From Candidatus Omnitrophota bacterium (GTDB lineage Bacteria > Omnitrophota > Gorgyraeia > Gygaellales > Profunditerraquicolaceae), in NCBI GenBank assembly GCA_028715415.1, contig JAQURX010000007.1:11898-75897 (forward strand): DNA of 64,000 bases. The letters are read 5' to 3'. The notes beneath the pieces were generated by a model, which saw nothing but the letters and a program-made list of their open reading frames with translations, searched no databases and had not been told where the DNA came from. A program made the translations under genes and the position numbers. Shown in pieces: positions 19,443 to 27,557 of this stretch. Every line of letters begins with the position of its first letter. Within the stretch, counting starts at the first letter, position 1.

Positions 19443-20017
19443 ATATAGCTAACAAAATAACAATTTCAAGGATTGTCCTTACTTTTGTATTTATGTTCTT
19501 TTTGTTCTGCCATGGGCTATGGGCAAAGGTTGCTTCTTTGATTATTTTTCTTTCCGCAGCACTTTCAGATTTCCTGGATGGAATGATTGCCAAGAAAAGA
19601 AATATGATAACCGATTTTGGACGTCTTATGGATCCTATTGCGGATAAAATTCTTGTGATAGCAGCATTTGCTGCTTTTGTCCAGATGCAGTTGATTGAAG
19701 CTTGGATGTTTGTGATTATAGTTTCCCGCGAAATCCTTATTACATCCTTAAGGCTTTTTGCTTTAAATAAAGGTAAGGTTCTGTCTGCAACGCGTGCGGG
19801 AAAACATAAAACTGTTTCTCAGATGCTGGTTATATTTTCTATTTTAGGTTTTATTGTCACCAAAGAAGTGATGTTGACTTATTTTACCTGGAATCCCGAC
19901 TGGGAGAAAGCATTCCGTGAGGGAATATATCTTCTAATGTTGCTTACAGTAGGACTTACGCTTTATTCAGGCATTTCTTATCTTTGGGATAACCGCAAGA
20001 TAATCGCAAAGTTATAG
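19439..20017 (+). CDS. pgsA: CDP-diacylglycerol--glycerol-3-phosphate 3-phosphatidyltransferase
   Basis: CDP-alcohol phosphatidyltransferase motif DFLDGMIAKK...DPIADK, and a multi-TM protein. Confidence 0.85.
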   Translation: MNIANKITISRIVLTFVFMFFLFCHGLWAKVASLIIFLSAALSDFLDGMIAKKRNMITDFGRLMDPIADKILVIAAFAAFVQMQLIEAWMFVIIVSREILITSLRLFALNKGKVLSATRAGKHKTVSQMLVIFSILGFIVTKEVMLTYFTWNPDWEKAFREGIYLLMLLTVGLTLYSGISYLWDNRKIIAKL

Positions 20018-20027
20018 AGGCATTCCT

Positions 20028-20498
20028 TTGAATTTCTACAATATCCTTGTAAAGATATTAAGTTCATTCTTTTTTGTCGGCTACCTGCCTTTAATCCCGG
20101 GGACTTTCGGAAGTTTAGCCGGGATTTTGTTGATTTATTGTATCGGCGGGAATACCAGCAATGTTTACTTGCCATTTTTACTATTCCTTATATGTATCGG
20201 GTATCTGGTTTGTACTCCGGCAGAAAAATTGATGCAGAAGAAGGACCCAAAGTTTATCGTCATTGATGAAGTTTGCGGTATGCTTATCAGCTTGTTATTT
20301 ATCCCTTTCCAAACGCAATGGGTAATCGCCGCATTTTTGTTGTTCCGCATCCTTGATACTATAAAGCCTTATCCGGCAGGACAGCTTGAAAGATTAAAGG
20401 GAAGCTTAGGTATTATGGGAGATGATATTGTTGCGGGTATTTATACAAATATTATTCTTCAGGTAGTCTTAAGGTTTACTTTAGTTAAAGCTTCATAG
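20028..20498 (+). CDS. pgpA: phosphatidylglycerophosphatase A (TTG start)
   Basis: PGTFGSLAGIL motif, and adjacency to pgsA. Confidence 0.8.
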   Translation: MNFYNILVKILSSFFFVGYLPLIPGTFGSLAGILLIYCIGGNTSNVYLPFLLFLICIGYLVCTPAEKLMQKKDPKFIVIDEVCGMLISLLFIPFQTQWVIAAFLLFRILDTIKPYPAGQLERLKGSLGIMGDDIVAGIYTNIILQVVLRFTLVKAS

Positions 20499-21025
20499 AC
20501 CGGGCCTTGCGAGGTAAGGCTGCTCTTAAAGAGTGTAATCCTGTCTACAAGAAATTCCGCATTAATAGGTTTATTTTCCAAAGCTTTCAAAGCGTTTACT
20601 AATTTATCTTTATTTAATGTTGATTTTACCCTGCCGATTGTAATATGGGAGGAGAATTCTCTTTCTTCTTTTGCAATCCCGATTTTTTCAACCCCATCTT
20701 CAATAGACCTAACAAGGTCTTTAATCTCTTTATCGCCTTTATTAACACCTACCCAGATTATCCTTGGGAAGTTCGGTTTCGGAAATACTCCAATTGATTT
20801 AATATCCATTTTAAAGCAGGTGGTATTTTCTGAGATATTCTTAAGCAGGCGGGAAATTTCTTGAGCTATTCCTTCGTTAATTTCCCCTAAGAATTTTAAC
20901 GTTAGATGGATGTTGGGCGCTTCAGTCCATTTTACCTGAGCACCGGATGCTTTTAATTCATTTTGCAATCCAACAAGCTCTGATTTTACCCTATCCGGTA
21001 AGTCTATGGCGATAAAGCAACGCAT
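20459..21025 (-). CDS. thpR: RNA 2',3'-cyclic phosphodiesterase (2H family, ThpR/LigT)
   Basis: Two H-x-T/S-x motifs (HLTLKFLG and HITIGR). Confidence 0.85.
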   Translation of the reverse strand: MRCFIAIDLPDRVKSELVGLQNELKASGAQVKWTEAPNIHLTLKFLGEINEGIAQEISRLLKNISENTTCFKMDIKSIGVFPKPNFPRIIWVGVNKGDKEIKDLVRSIEDGVEKIGIAKEEREFSSHITIGRVKSTLNKDKLVNALKALENKPINAEFLVDRITLFKSSLTSQGPVYEALTKVNLKTT

Positions 21026-21483
21026 AGTAATAATTCCAAGCTTTTTAGTGCAGCTTTTTTCCTGATTTCAGTGCGAGTCCCCTTAAATAAATATTCATTG
21101 CAAACAATCTTATTTTTCTTTGCGACTGCAATAAACACTGTACCTTTGGGTTTATCTTGGGTGCCTCCCGAAGGGCCAGCTATACCGGTAATGGCAATTG
21201 AAAAATCGGTTTTGGCTAGTTTCATTACTGATTTAGCCATTTTTCTGGCAACTTCTTTTGAAACAGCGCCTTTTTTGAGAATAATAGAGTGATTGATTTC
21301 TAAAATTTTTTCTTTTGACTGGTTGCTGTATGTTACAACGCCTAATTTAAAGTATTTTGAGCTTTGTGGCAGTTGGGTAAGAAGGTTTGAGAGAAAGCCG
21401 CCTGTACAGGATTCAGCAATAGAAATGGTTTTGCTGCGTTTTAAAAGGGCAATATGTACTTGTCTTACAATGTTTTGCACCAT
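21004..21483 (-). CDS. pncC: CinA C-terminal domain protein / nicotinamide-nucleotide amidohydrolase PncC
   Basis: SIAESCTGG signature of the CinA C-terminal domain. Confidence 0.85.
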   Translation of the reverse strand: MVQNIVRQVHIALLKRSKTISIAESCTGGFLSNLLTQLPQSSKYFKLGVVTYSNQSKEKILEINHSIILKKGAVSKEVARKMAKSVMKLAKTDFSIAITGIAGPSGGTQDKPKGTVFIAVAKKNKIVCNEYLFKGTRTEIRKKAALKSLELLLCVALSP

Positions 21484-21501
21484 AAAATTATTATATAACT
21501 T

Positions 21502-21529
21502 TCTTATTGTATTGACAAGTCAAGATTTT
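21502..21529 (+). promoter_or_regulatory. sigma70-type promoter of the rib operon (TTGACA-N16-TATACT)
   Basis: Consensus hexamers immediately upstream of the FMN riboswitch. Confidence 0.6.
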
Positions 21530-21550
21530 ATGGTATACTAACAATAATTA

Positions 21551-21680
21551 ATCTTCGGGGTCCTGCCAATATTAGGCAGGAGGTGAAATTCCTGACCGGC
21601 GGTTAAGCCCGCAAGCCTTAAAAAGGCATGATCTGGTAAAATTCCAGAGCCGATTGTATAGTCTAGATGAGAGAAGGTTA
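21551..21680 (+). promoter_or_regulatory. FMN riboswitch (RFN element) aptamer
   Basis: cttcggggtcctgcc...ggaggtgaaattcctgaccggcggtt...gatctggtaaaattccagagccgattgtatagtctagatgagagaagg matches the conserved RFN strands. It lies 5' of ribBA. Confidence 0.9.
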
Positions 21681-21692
21681 AAAGTAAATTAT

Positions 21693-21727
21693 ACCCGGAG
21701 AACTATCTTCGGGTTTCTTATTTTTGG
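21693..21727 (+). terminator. riboswitch expression-platform attenuator hairpin plus U-tract (acccggagaactatcttcgggtttcttattttt)
   Basis: Stem ACCCG/CGGGU followed by a T-rich run, between the aptamer and the ribBA RBS. Confidence 0.55.
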
Positions 21728-21734
21728 AGAGCTT

Positions 21735-22943
21735 ATGTTTAATTCCATATCAGAGATATTAGAAGATCTTAAGCAAGGCAAGATGGTTATTGTGGTAGAT
21801 GACGAAGACCGCGAGAACGAAGGCGATCTTTTAATGTCCGCAAGTTTTGCCAAGCCTCAGGATATAAATTTCATGGCTAAGTTTGGCAGGGGGCTTATTT
21901 GTGTCCCTATGAAAGAAGATCGTTTAAGCCAACTGGAATTTGAGCCTATGTTAAAGAAAGCAGGGGTTGCTAAGGAAGATCCTTTTGCAACTGCCTGGAT
22001 GATTTCAGCTGATGCGGCTTCCGGTATAACTACCGGCATTTCTGCGTATGATCGTGCGCATACAATTGAAACATTGATTAACCCGCAATCAAAGCCCGAA
22101 GATTTAATTCGTCCGGGGCACATCTTTCCTTTAAGAGCTCGTCGTGGCGGAGTATTAGTCAGAGCAGGGCATACTGAAGCTGCGGTTGACCTAATGAGGC
22201 TTTGTGGCTTATATGAGGCGGGAGTAATCTGTGAAATTATGAATGATGATGGCTCTATGTCCCGCCTTCCGCAATTAATTGAATTTTCAAAAAAGCATTC
22301 GTTAAAGATTTGCACAATTGCTAACTTGATTGAATACCGAAGGCGCTCTGAAAAACTAATTGAACGTTTGACTGAGACAATCCTTCCTACTGAGTTTGGA
22401 AAATATAAATTAATTTTATACCGTGATTTGACAAATAATAAAGTTCATAGTGCTTTAGTTATGGGGGAATTAAAAGAGCCTCAAGTCTTAGTGCGGGTGC
22501 ATTCCGAATGTATGACAGGGGATGTTTTCGGCTCTTTGCGCTGTGATTGCGGAAGGCAATTGAAACAGGCAATGCAATCAATCGATAAAATTAAAAGCGG
22601 AGTTGTGCTTTATATGAGCCAGGAAGGCCGTGGAATCGGGCTTGTCGAAAAGATTAAGGCTTACAATTTGCAGGATAAAGGTATGGATACGGTTGAGGCC
22701 AATGAAGCATTAGGGCATGCTGCGGATCTTAGGGATTATGGGATAGGCGCGCAGATCCTGGTAGATTTAGGGATCAAAGAAATCCGCCTTCTTACAAATA
22801 ATCCTCGTAAGATTGTAGGGCTTGAGGGATACGGGTTAAAGGTGGTTGAGCGCGTTCCTCTGGAGGTTGAGCCTAATGCGGCAAATTATAATTATCTTAA
22901 AACAAAAAAAGAGAAGTTAGGGCACAATTTGAATATAGAATAA
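21735..22943 (+). CDS. ribBA: bifunctional 3,4-dihydroxy-2-butanone-4-phosphate synthase / GTP cyclohydrolase II
   Basis: The N-terminus [32 protein letters not shown] is the RibB start, and the C-terminal half carries the GCH II CxxC...C region (CDCGRQ). The start was moved from the track's TTG at 21654, which lies inside the riboswitch, to the ATG at 21735. Confidence 0.9.
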   Translation: MFNSISEILEDLKQGKMVIVVDDEDRENEGDLLMSASFAKPQDINFMAKFGRGLICVPMKEDRLSQLEFEPMLKKAGVAKEDPFATAWMISADAASGITTGISAYDRAHTIETLINPQSKPEDLIRPGHIFPLRARRGGVLVRAGHTEAAVDLMRLCGLYEAGVICEIMNDDGSMSRLPQLIEFSKKHSLKICTIANLIEYRRRSEKLIERLTETILPTEFGKYKLILYRDLTNNKVHSALVMGELKEPQVLVRVHSECMTGDVFGSLRCDCGRQLKQAMQSIDKIKSGVVLYMSQEGRGIGLVEKIKAYNLQDKGMDTVEANEALGHAADLRDYGIGAQILVDLGIKEIRLLTNNPRKIVGLEGYGLKVVERVPLEVEPNAANYNYLKTKKEKLGHNLNIE

Positions 22944-22969
22944 TTTTTATTAATGGGAGGGTTGAAGAA

Positions 22970-23437
22970 ATGATAAAGAAGGCTGAAGGTAATTTGATTG
23001 CAAAAGGAAAGAAGTTTGCTATTGTCGCATCACGCTTTAATGATTTCATCACTAAGGAGTTGATTTCAGGGTGCACGGATACGTTGCTTAGGCATGGAGC
23101 TCAAGATAATGATTTGACTGTAAGTATGGTCCCGGGTGCATTTGAAATTCCTTTGGTCGCCCAGAAATTGGCAAAGTCAAAATCATTTGATGCTATTGTT
23201 TGCCTTGGAACAGTTATCCGTGGGGCAACTCCGCATTTTGATTATGTGGCAGCAGAAGTCTCAAAAGGTATCGCTAAAGTTTCTCTTGATACTGGAATTC
23301 CTGTGGTATTCGGAGTTATCACCGCAGACACAATTGAACAAGCAATTGAGCGCGCTGGGACAAAAGACGGGAATAAAGGCAAAGACGCTGCTTTATCTGC
23401 AATAGAGATGGTAAATTTACTGGAACAGATTAAATAA
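22970..23437 (+). CDS. ribH: 6,7-dimethyl-8-ribityllumazine synthase
   Basis: [14 protein letters not shown]... is the lumazine synthase fold signature. Confidence 0.9.
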   Translation: MIKKAEGNLIAKGKKFAIVASRFNDFITKELISGCTDTLLRHGAQDNDLTVSMVPGAFEIPLVAQKLAKSKSFDAIVCLGTVIRGATPHFDYVAAEVSKGIAKVSLDTGIPVVFGVITADTIEQAIERAGTKDGNKGKDAALSAIEMVNLLEQIK

Positions 23438-23438
23438 T

Positions 23439-23855
23439 ATGAGAAAACGCACACAAGCCAGAGAATTCGCTTTACAGGTCCTGTATCAAGTGGATATTAC
23501 AAAAGATAATTATGAAGTTTCTTTAGAAAACTTTTGGGCCTCACATCTTGAGGAGAACATTGAAGAAGAACTAAAACAGTTTGCCGGGGAGCTTGTTAAG
23601 GGAGTTGTGGAGAATCTTGTTGAAATTGATAAAAAGATTTTGCAATTCGCGACCAATTGGCGCCTGGAGCGCATGGCAGTTGTTGATAGAAATATCTTAA
23701 GAATGAGCTCTTTTGAGCTTTTGTTCCGTGATGATATCCCACCGAAAGTTTCAATAAATGAAGCAGTGGAACTTGCCAAAAAATATTCCGGCCTTGAGGC
23801 AGGAAAATTTGTTAACGCTATACTTGATAAAATAAAATTAGAAAAGAATAAGTGA
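23439..23855 (+). CDS. nusB: transcription antitermination factor NusB
   Basis: REFALQVLYQ N-terminus; sits in the ribH-nusB arrangement. Confidence 0.9.
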   Translation: MRKRTQAREFALQVLYQVDITKDNYEVSLENFWASHLEENIEEELKQFAGELVKGVVENLVEIDKKILQFATNWRLERMAVVDRNILRMSSFELLFRDDIPPKVSINEAVELAKKYSGLEAGKFVNAILDKIKLEKNK

Positions 23856-24676
23856 AATTCGCGGACCTGCATTTACATACAGTATATTCAGATGGGACAT
23901 CTACTCCTGAAGAGCTGGTTTTAGAAAGCGCCAAACGCTCTTTATCTTGTATCGCTGTAGTAGACCACGATACAGTCAAGGGGATAGATGGGACTATCCT
24001 TGCAGCAAGCAAAGAGAATATTGAAGTTATCCCGGGGATAGAGTTAAGCGCAGAATACAACGGATTAGAAATCCATATCTTAGGGTATTTTATAGACTAT
24101 AAAAATGAAGTGCTTATAAATAAACTGGAGGCTCTTCGGCAAAATCGTATTGAGCGTGTTTATAAGATAACCGATAAATTGAAAGAATCAGGTATTAATT
24201 TAAATCCAGATTCTGTTTTTGGTATTTCTGGAATGGGTACGGTAGGCAGGATGCATATTGCCCGTGCCATGGTAAAGGAAGGCTTTGTTAATTCTACTTA
24301 CGAAGCTTTTAAAAAATATATAGGCGATAATTGCCCTGCTTATGTTTTAGGTTTTAAATTCAGCCCATTTGAGGCAATTAATTTAATTAAAGATTTCCAA
24401 GGCATACCGGTATTAGCCCATCCTTACATAATAAAGAATGATGATTTAATCTTGGAATTAATAATGAACGGGATTATGGGGCTGGAGATTTATTACCCTG
24501 AACATTCCCAATCCATGATAAATTACTATCTTGAATTAGCAAAAAAATATAATTTAGTAGTAACCGGTGGGTCGGATTTTCATGGTGAAGCCAAGCCTGA
24601 CGTTAAGATTGGCTGCATGAAACTTCCTTATGAATTTGTAGAAAAGATGAAAGAAGCAAGGCAGAAGAATACATGA
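23852..24676 (+). CDS. PHP-domain metal-dependent phosphoesterase (GTG start), embedded in the rib operon
   Basis: ADLHLHTVYSDG...VVDHD... is the PHP signature. Its start overlaps the nusB stop and its stop overlaps the ribD start. Confidence 0.8.
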   Translation: MKFADLHLHTVYSDGTSTPEELVLESAKRSLSCIAVVDHDTVKGIDGTILAASKENIEVIPGIELSAEYNGLEIHILGYFIDYKNEVLINKLEALRQNRIERVYKITDKLKESGINLNPDSVFGISGMGTVGRMHIARAMVKEGFVNSTYEAFKKYIGDNCPAYVLGFKFSPFEAINLIKDFQGIPVLAHPYIIKNDDLILELIMNGIMGLEIYYPEHSQSMINYYLELAKKYNLVVTGGSDFHGEAKPDVKIGCMKLPYEFVEKMKEARQKNT

Positions 24677-25764
24677 AAAAAGATCATCAGTATTACATGA
24701 ATTTGGCTTTAAAATTAGCTCTTAAAGGTAAAGGCAGGACTTCGCCAAATCCCATGGTGGGGGCGGTGGTAGTAAAAGATGGAAAGATTATCGGCAGGGG
24801 GTTCCATGCAAGGGCGGGGTTGGCGCATGCGGAGATAGTTGCTTTAGATGAAGCTGGAGAAAAAGCAAAAGGAGCAACTCTTTATGTTACGCTTGAGCCA
24901 TGTGCGCATTTCGGCAGGACGCCTCCTTGCGTTGACAGGATAATCGCAAGCCAAGTTAAAGAAGTCATCATCGGGATGGTTGATCCAAATCCGGTAAACA
25001 ATTCAAAGGGCTTAAATATTCTTAAACAGCATCATATTAAAGTAGAGGTAGGTTTTCTTGAGGACAAAATAAAGAAACTAAACGAATCATTCATAAAATA
25101 TATTACAAAAAGAATGCCGTTGGTTACGGTAAAAATTGCCCAGTCATTGGATGGCAGGATTGCGACTAAAACCGGGGAATCAAAATGGATAACTTCGGAC
25201 AAGTCGCGTGCATTTGCCCATCGCAGGCGCAAGGATTTTGATGCGATTATGGTTGGTGTAAATACTGTGCTTCGGGATAACCCAAGCCTGGACGCCTGGT
25301 TTTCCGATAAGCATCCAATAAAGATTATTATTGATAGCCAATTGAGCACTCCGGAGAACTCTATTATATTTTCAAATAATCGCCAGGTTATCATTGTTAC
25401 TTTGCCTGCAAAGCCCGGGCAGGAAACAGAAAACAGGAAGATTCTTTCACAGAAAGCAATGATTCTGGAAGTAAAAGAAAAAGACGGGCAGATTAATCTA
25501 AAAAGCATGCTTAAAAGATTAGCGCAGTTGGGAATAACAAACATCCTTGTTGAGGGCGGTGGTACGTTAATCGGCTCTTTATTTGATGAACATCTGGTAG
25601 ATAAGATCATGTTTTTTGTAAGCCCAAAGATTATCGGCGGAAAAGAGGCGATTAGTTCGGTTATGGGAAGCGGTATTTCGCGCATAGATAAGGCGATTAA
25701 GCTTAAAGAATTAACCCTTAAGCGTTTAAGTGATGATTTATTGATAGAAGGATATATAAAATAG
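24673..25764 (+). CDS. ribD: bifunctional diaminohydroxyphosphoribosylaminopyrimidine deaminase / 5-amino-6-(5-phosphoribosylamino)uracil reductase
   Basis: Deaminase motif HAEIVAL...PCAHFGRTPPC, followed by a C-terminal reductase domain. Confidence 0.9.
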   Translation: MKKDHQYYMNLALKLALKGKGRTSPNPMVGAVVVKDGKIIGRGFHARAGLAHAEIVALDEAGEKAKGATLYVTLEPCAHFGRTPPCVDRIIASQVKEVIIGMVDPNPVNNSKGLNILKQHHIKVEVGFLEDKIKKLNESFIKYITKRMPLVTVKIAQSLDGRIATKTGESKWITSDKSRAFAHRRRKDFDAIMVGVNTVLRDNPSLDAWFSDKHPIKIIIDSQLSTPENSIIFSNNRQVIIVTLPAKPGQETENRKILSQKAMILEVKEKDGQINLKSMLKRLAQLGITNILVEGGGTLIGSLFDEHLVDKIMFFVSPKIIGGKEAISSVMGSGISRIDKAIKLKELTLKRLSDDLLIEGYIK

Positions 25765-25765
25765 A

Positions 25766-26332
25766 ATGTTCTCAGGGATTGTTGAAGAATTAGGAGTTGT
25801 TAGGAGTATTTCAAAGCGTGGGGCAGTTAATATTATAGAAATAGAGGCGAAAAAAGTTTTGATTGATGTAAAAATTGGAGATAGTATTGCGGTAAATGGC
25901 GTGTGCTTGACAGCCGTAAAGCAAAAAGATAATTTGTTGTCATTTGAGGCAATGTCGGAGACTCTAAAGGTTACTAATCTCGGGGTTTTAAGGATAGGAG
26001 AAAAGGTAAATCTTGAGCGCAGCCTAAAGATAGGGGATCGTTTATCCGGGCATTTTGTTTATGGCCATGTTGATTGCTCGGGGGTAGTGCGTAAGAAAAA
26101 TAATCTTAATGGTAATCTATGTTTTGAAATAGCTATCCCTCCTAAATTCTTAGGGTGGGTTATTCCAAAGGGTTCGGTAGCAATTGATGGTATAAGTTTA
26201 ACGATAGTTGATAGAAAGCCGGGAACTTTAAGGGTTTATATTATTCCTCATACATTAGCGAATACAACGTTAGGTTTTAAAGGAGTTGGTAGCAAGGTTA
26301 ATATTGAATTTGACATCCTCGCCAAAAACTAG
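25766..26332 (+). CDS. ribE: riboflavin synthase (alpha subunit)
   Basis: MFSGIVEELG N-terminus and duplicated lumazine-binding halves. Confidence 0.9.
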   Translation: MFSGIVEELGVVRSISKRGAVNIIEIEAKKVLIDVKIGDSIAVNGVCLTAVKQKDNLLSFEAMSETLKVTNLGVLRIGEKVNLERSLKIGDRLSGHFVYGHVDCSGVVRKKNNLNGNLCFEIAIPPKFLGWVIPKGSVAIDGISLTIVDRKPGTLRVYIIPHTLANTTLGFKGVGSKVNIEFDILAKN

Positions 26333-26395
26333 GGGACGGTTCTATTTTTTCTAGAACTCAATTCTTCAAAAAATAGAACCGTCCCCTGTTTTTAT
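26332..26395. terminator. long bidirectional rho-independent terminator (19-bp perfect stem ggggacggttctatttttt / aaaaaatagaaccgtcccc, U-tract after)
   Basis: Perfect inverted repeat read from the sequence, followed by tgtttttatt. Confidence 0.7.
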
Positions 26396-26441
26396 TGCCA
26401 ATAGTTACATTTTTTGTTATACTAAAAAGATAAATTTAAGA

Positions 26442-26515
26442 CGGGGCGTGGCTCAGTTTGGTAGAGCGCAGCGTTCGGGACGCTGAGGCCGACAGTTCAA
26501 GTCTGTCCGCCCCGA
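26442..26515 (+). tRNA. tRNA-Pro (anticodon CGG)
   Basis: Cloverleaf: acceptor cggggcg/cgccccg, D-arm gctc-agtttggta-gagc, anticodon arm cagcg-ttCGGga-cgctg, T-arm gacag-ttcaagt-ctgtc. It resembles E. coli tRNA-Pro(CGG), and CCA is not encoded. Confidence 0.85.
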
Positions 26516-26532
26516 CATAACAAGTTTTTAAA

Positions 26533-26805
26533 ATGAAAAAACAAGTTCATTTGTTTTTTAGTGGGCGGGTGCAAGGGATAGGTTTCCGGTATACCGCAGA
26601 GAACTTGGCTAATAAATTGGATGTTACCGGTTGGGTAAAAAACCTTCGTGACGGAAGGGTTGAAGTTTTAGCTCAAGCGGAGGAAGAGGTTTTAAAGGAT
26701 TTTTTAAATAAGCTAAGCGATTACTTTTCTCGCTACATAAAAGATGTTGAAGTAAGTTGGCAGGATGCTTCCGGAGATTTTAGCGGTTTTGAGGTAGAGT
26801 TTTAA
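26533..26805 (+). CDS. acyP: acylphosphatase
   Basis: [32 protein letters not shown] is the acylphosphatase signature. Confidence 0.85.
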   Translation: MKKQVHLFFSGRVQGIGFRYTAENLANKLDVTGWVKNLRDGRVEVLAQAEEEVLKDFLNKLSDYFSRYIKDVEVSWQDASGDFSGFEVEF

Positions 26806-26821
26806 AGGAGTTTCGCTTAAA

Positions 26822-27550
26822 ATGCGCTACGGAATCTTTTCCGATGTTCATTCTAATATTGAAGCACTTAATGCTGTAGTTAGTGCTTATGAGAAAGAAG
26901 GTATTGATAAATACCTTTGCCTTGGAGATGTAGTTGGTTATGCCTCTTCTCCGAAAGAATGCATTGGTTTGGTAAGCTCTGTTTCAGATGTGGTTATTGC
27001 CGGCAATCACGATTGGGCTTGTGTTGATTTATTCTCAGCTAAATATTTTAATTCACTTGCTGCAACTGCCATTAAATGGACAAAAGAACAGCTTGTTGAA
27101 GAGAACAAACTGTTTCTTAGGTCTTTGAAATTAAGCTACAAGAATCAGGATTTAGCATTAGTCCACGGTTCGCTTGACAACCCGGGTAATTTTAATTATT
27201 TGATTGATAGCAGCACAGCAAAGGAAACATTTGCTCTTATGCAGAATAATATTTGTTTTTTAGGGCATACCCATATTGCAGGAATCTTTATTCAAAACCC
27301 ATCCGGTAAGATTACTTATCAGCAGGATCAGCGCGTTAAAATTCAAGATAATAATAAGTATATTATAAATGCAGGTAGTGTTGGACAACCAAGAGACGGA
27401 AATCCGATGGCAGCATATTGTATTTATGATACACAGGAAAAACAAGTTCAGATTAATAGAATAGAATATGATTGGAGTTTAACAAGAGAGAAAATAATTG
27501 CTTCGGGGCTTCCAAGGTTTCTTGGAGACAGGCTTTTAACGGGGAATTAA
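26822..27550 (+). CDS. metallophosphoesterase (calcineurin-like, YfcE-like)
   Basis: GDVVGY...GNHD...GHTH motifs. Confidence 0.75.
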   Translation: MRYGIFSDVHSNIEALNAVVSAYEKEGIDKYLCLGDVVGYASSPKECIGLVSSVSDVVIAGNHDWACVDLFSAKYFNSLAATAIKWTKEQLVEENKLFLRSLKLSYKNQDLALVHGSLDNPGNFNYLIDSSTAKETFALMQNNICFLGHTHIAGIFIQNPSGKITYQQDQRVKIQDNNKYIINAGSVGQPRDGNPMAAYCIYDTQEKQVQINRIEYDWSLTREKIIASGLPRFLGDRLLTGN

Positions 27551-27557
27551 TAAATTT

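Noticed and set aside
21654-21734. N-terminal extension of ribBA from a TTG at 21654 (MYSLDERRLKVNYTRR...).
   Set aside because: The extension lies within the FMN riboswitch aptamer and attenuator. A canonical RibB N-terminus (MFNSISEIL) starts at the ATG at 21735, with GGAGA upstream.
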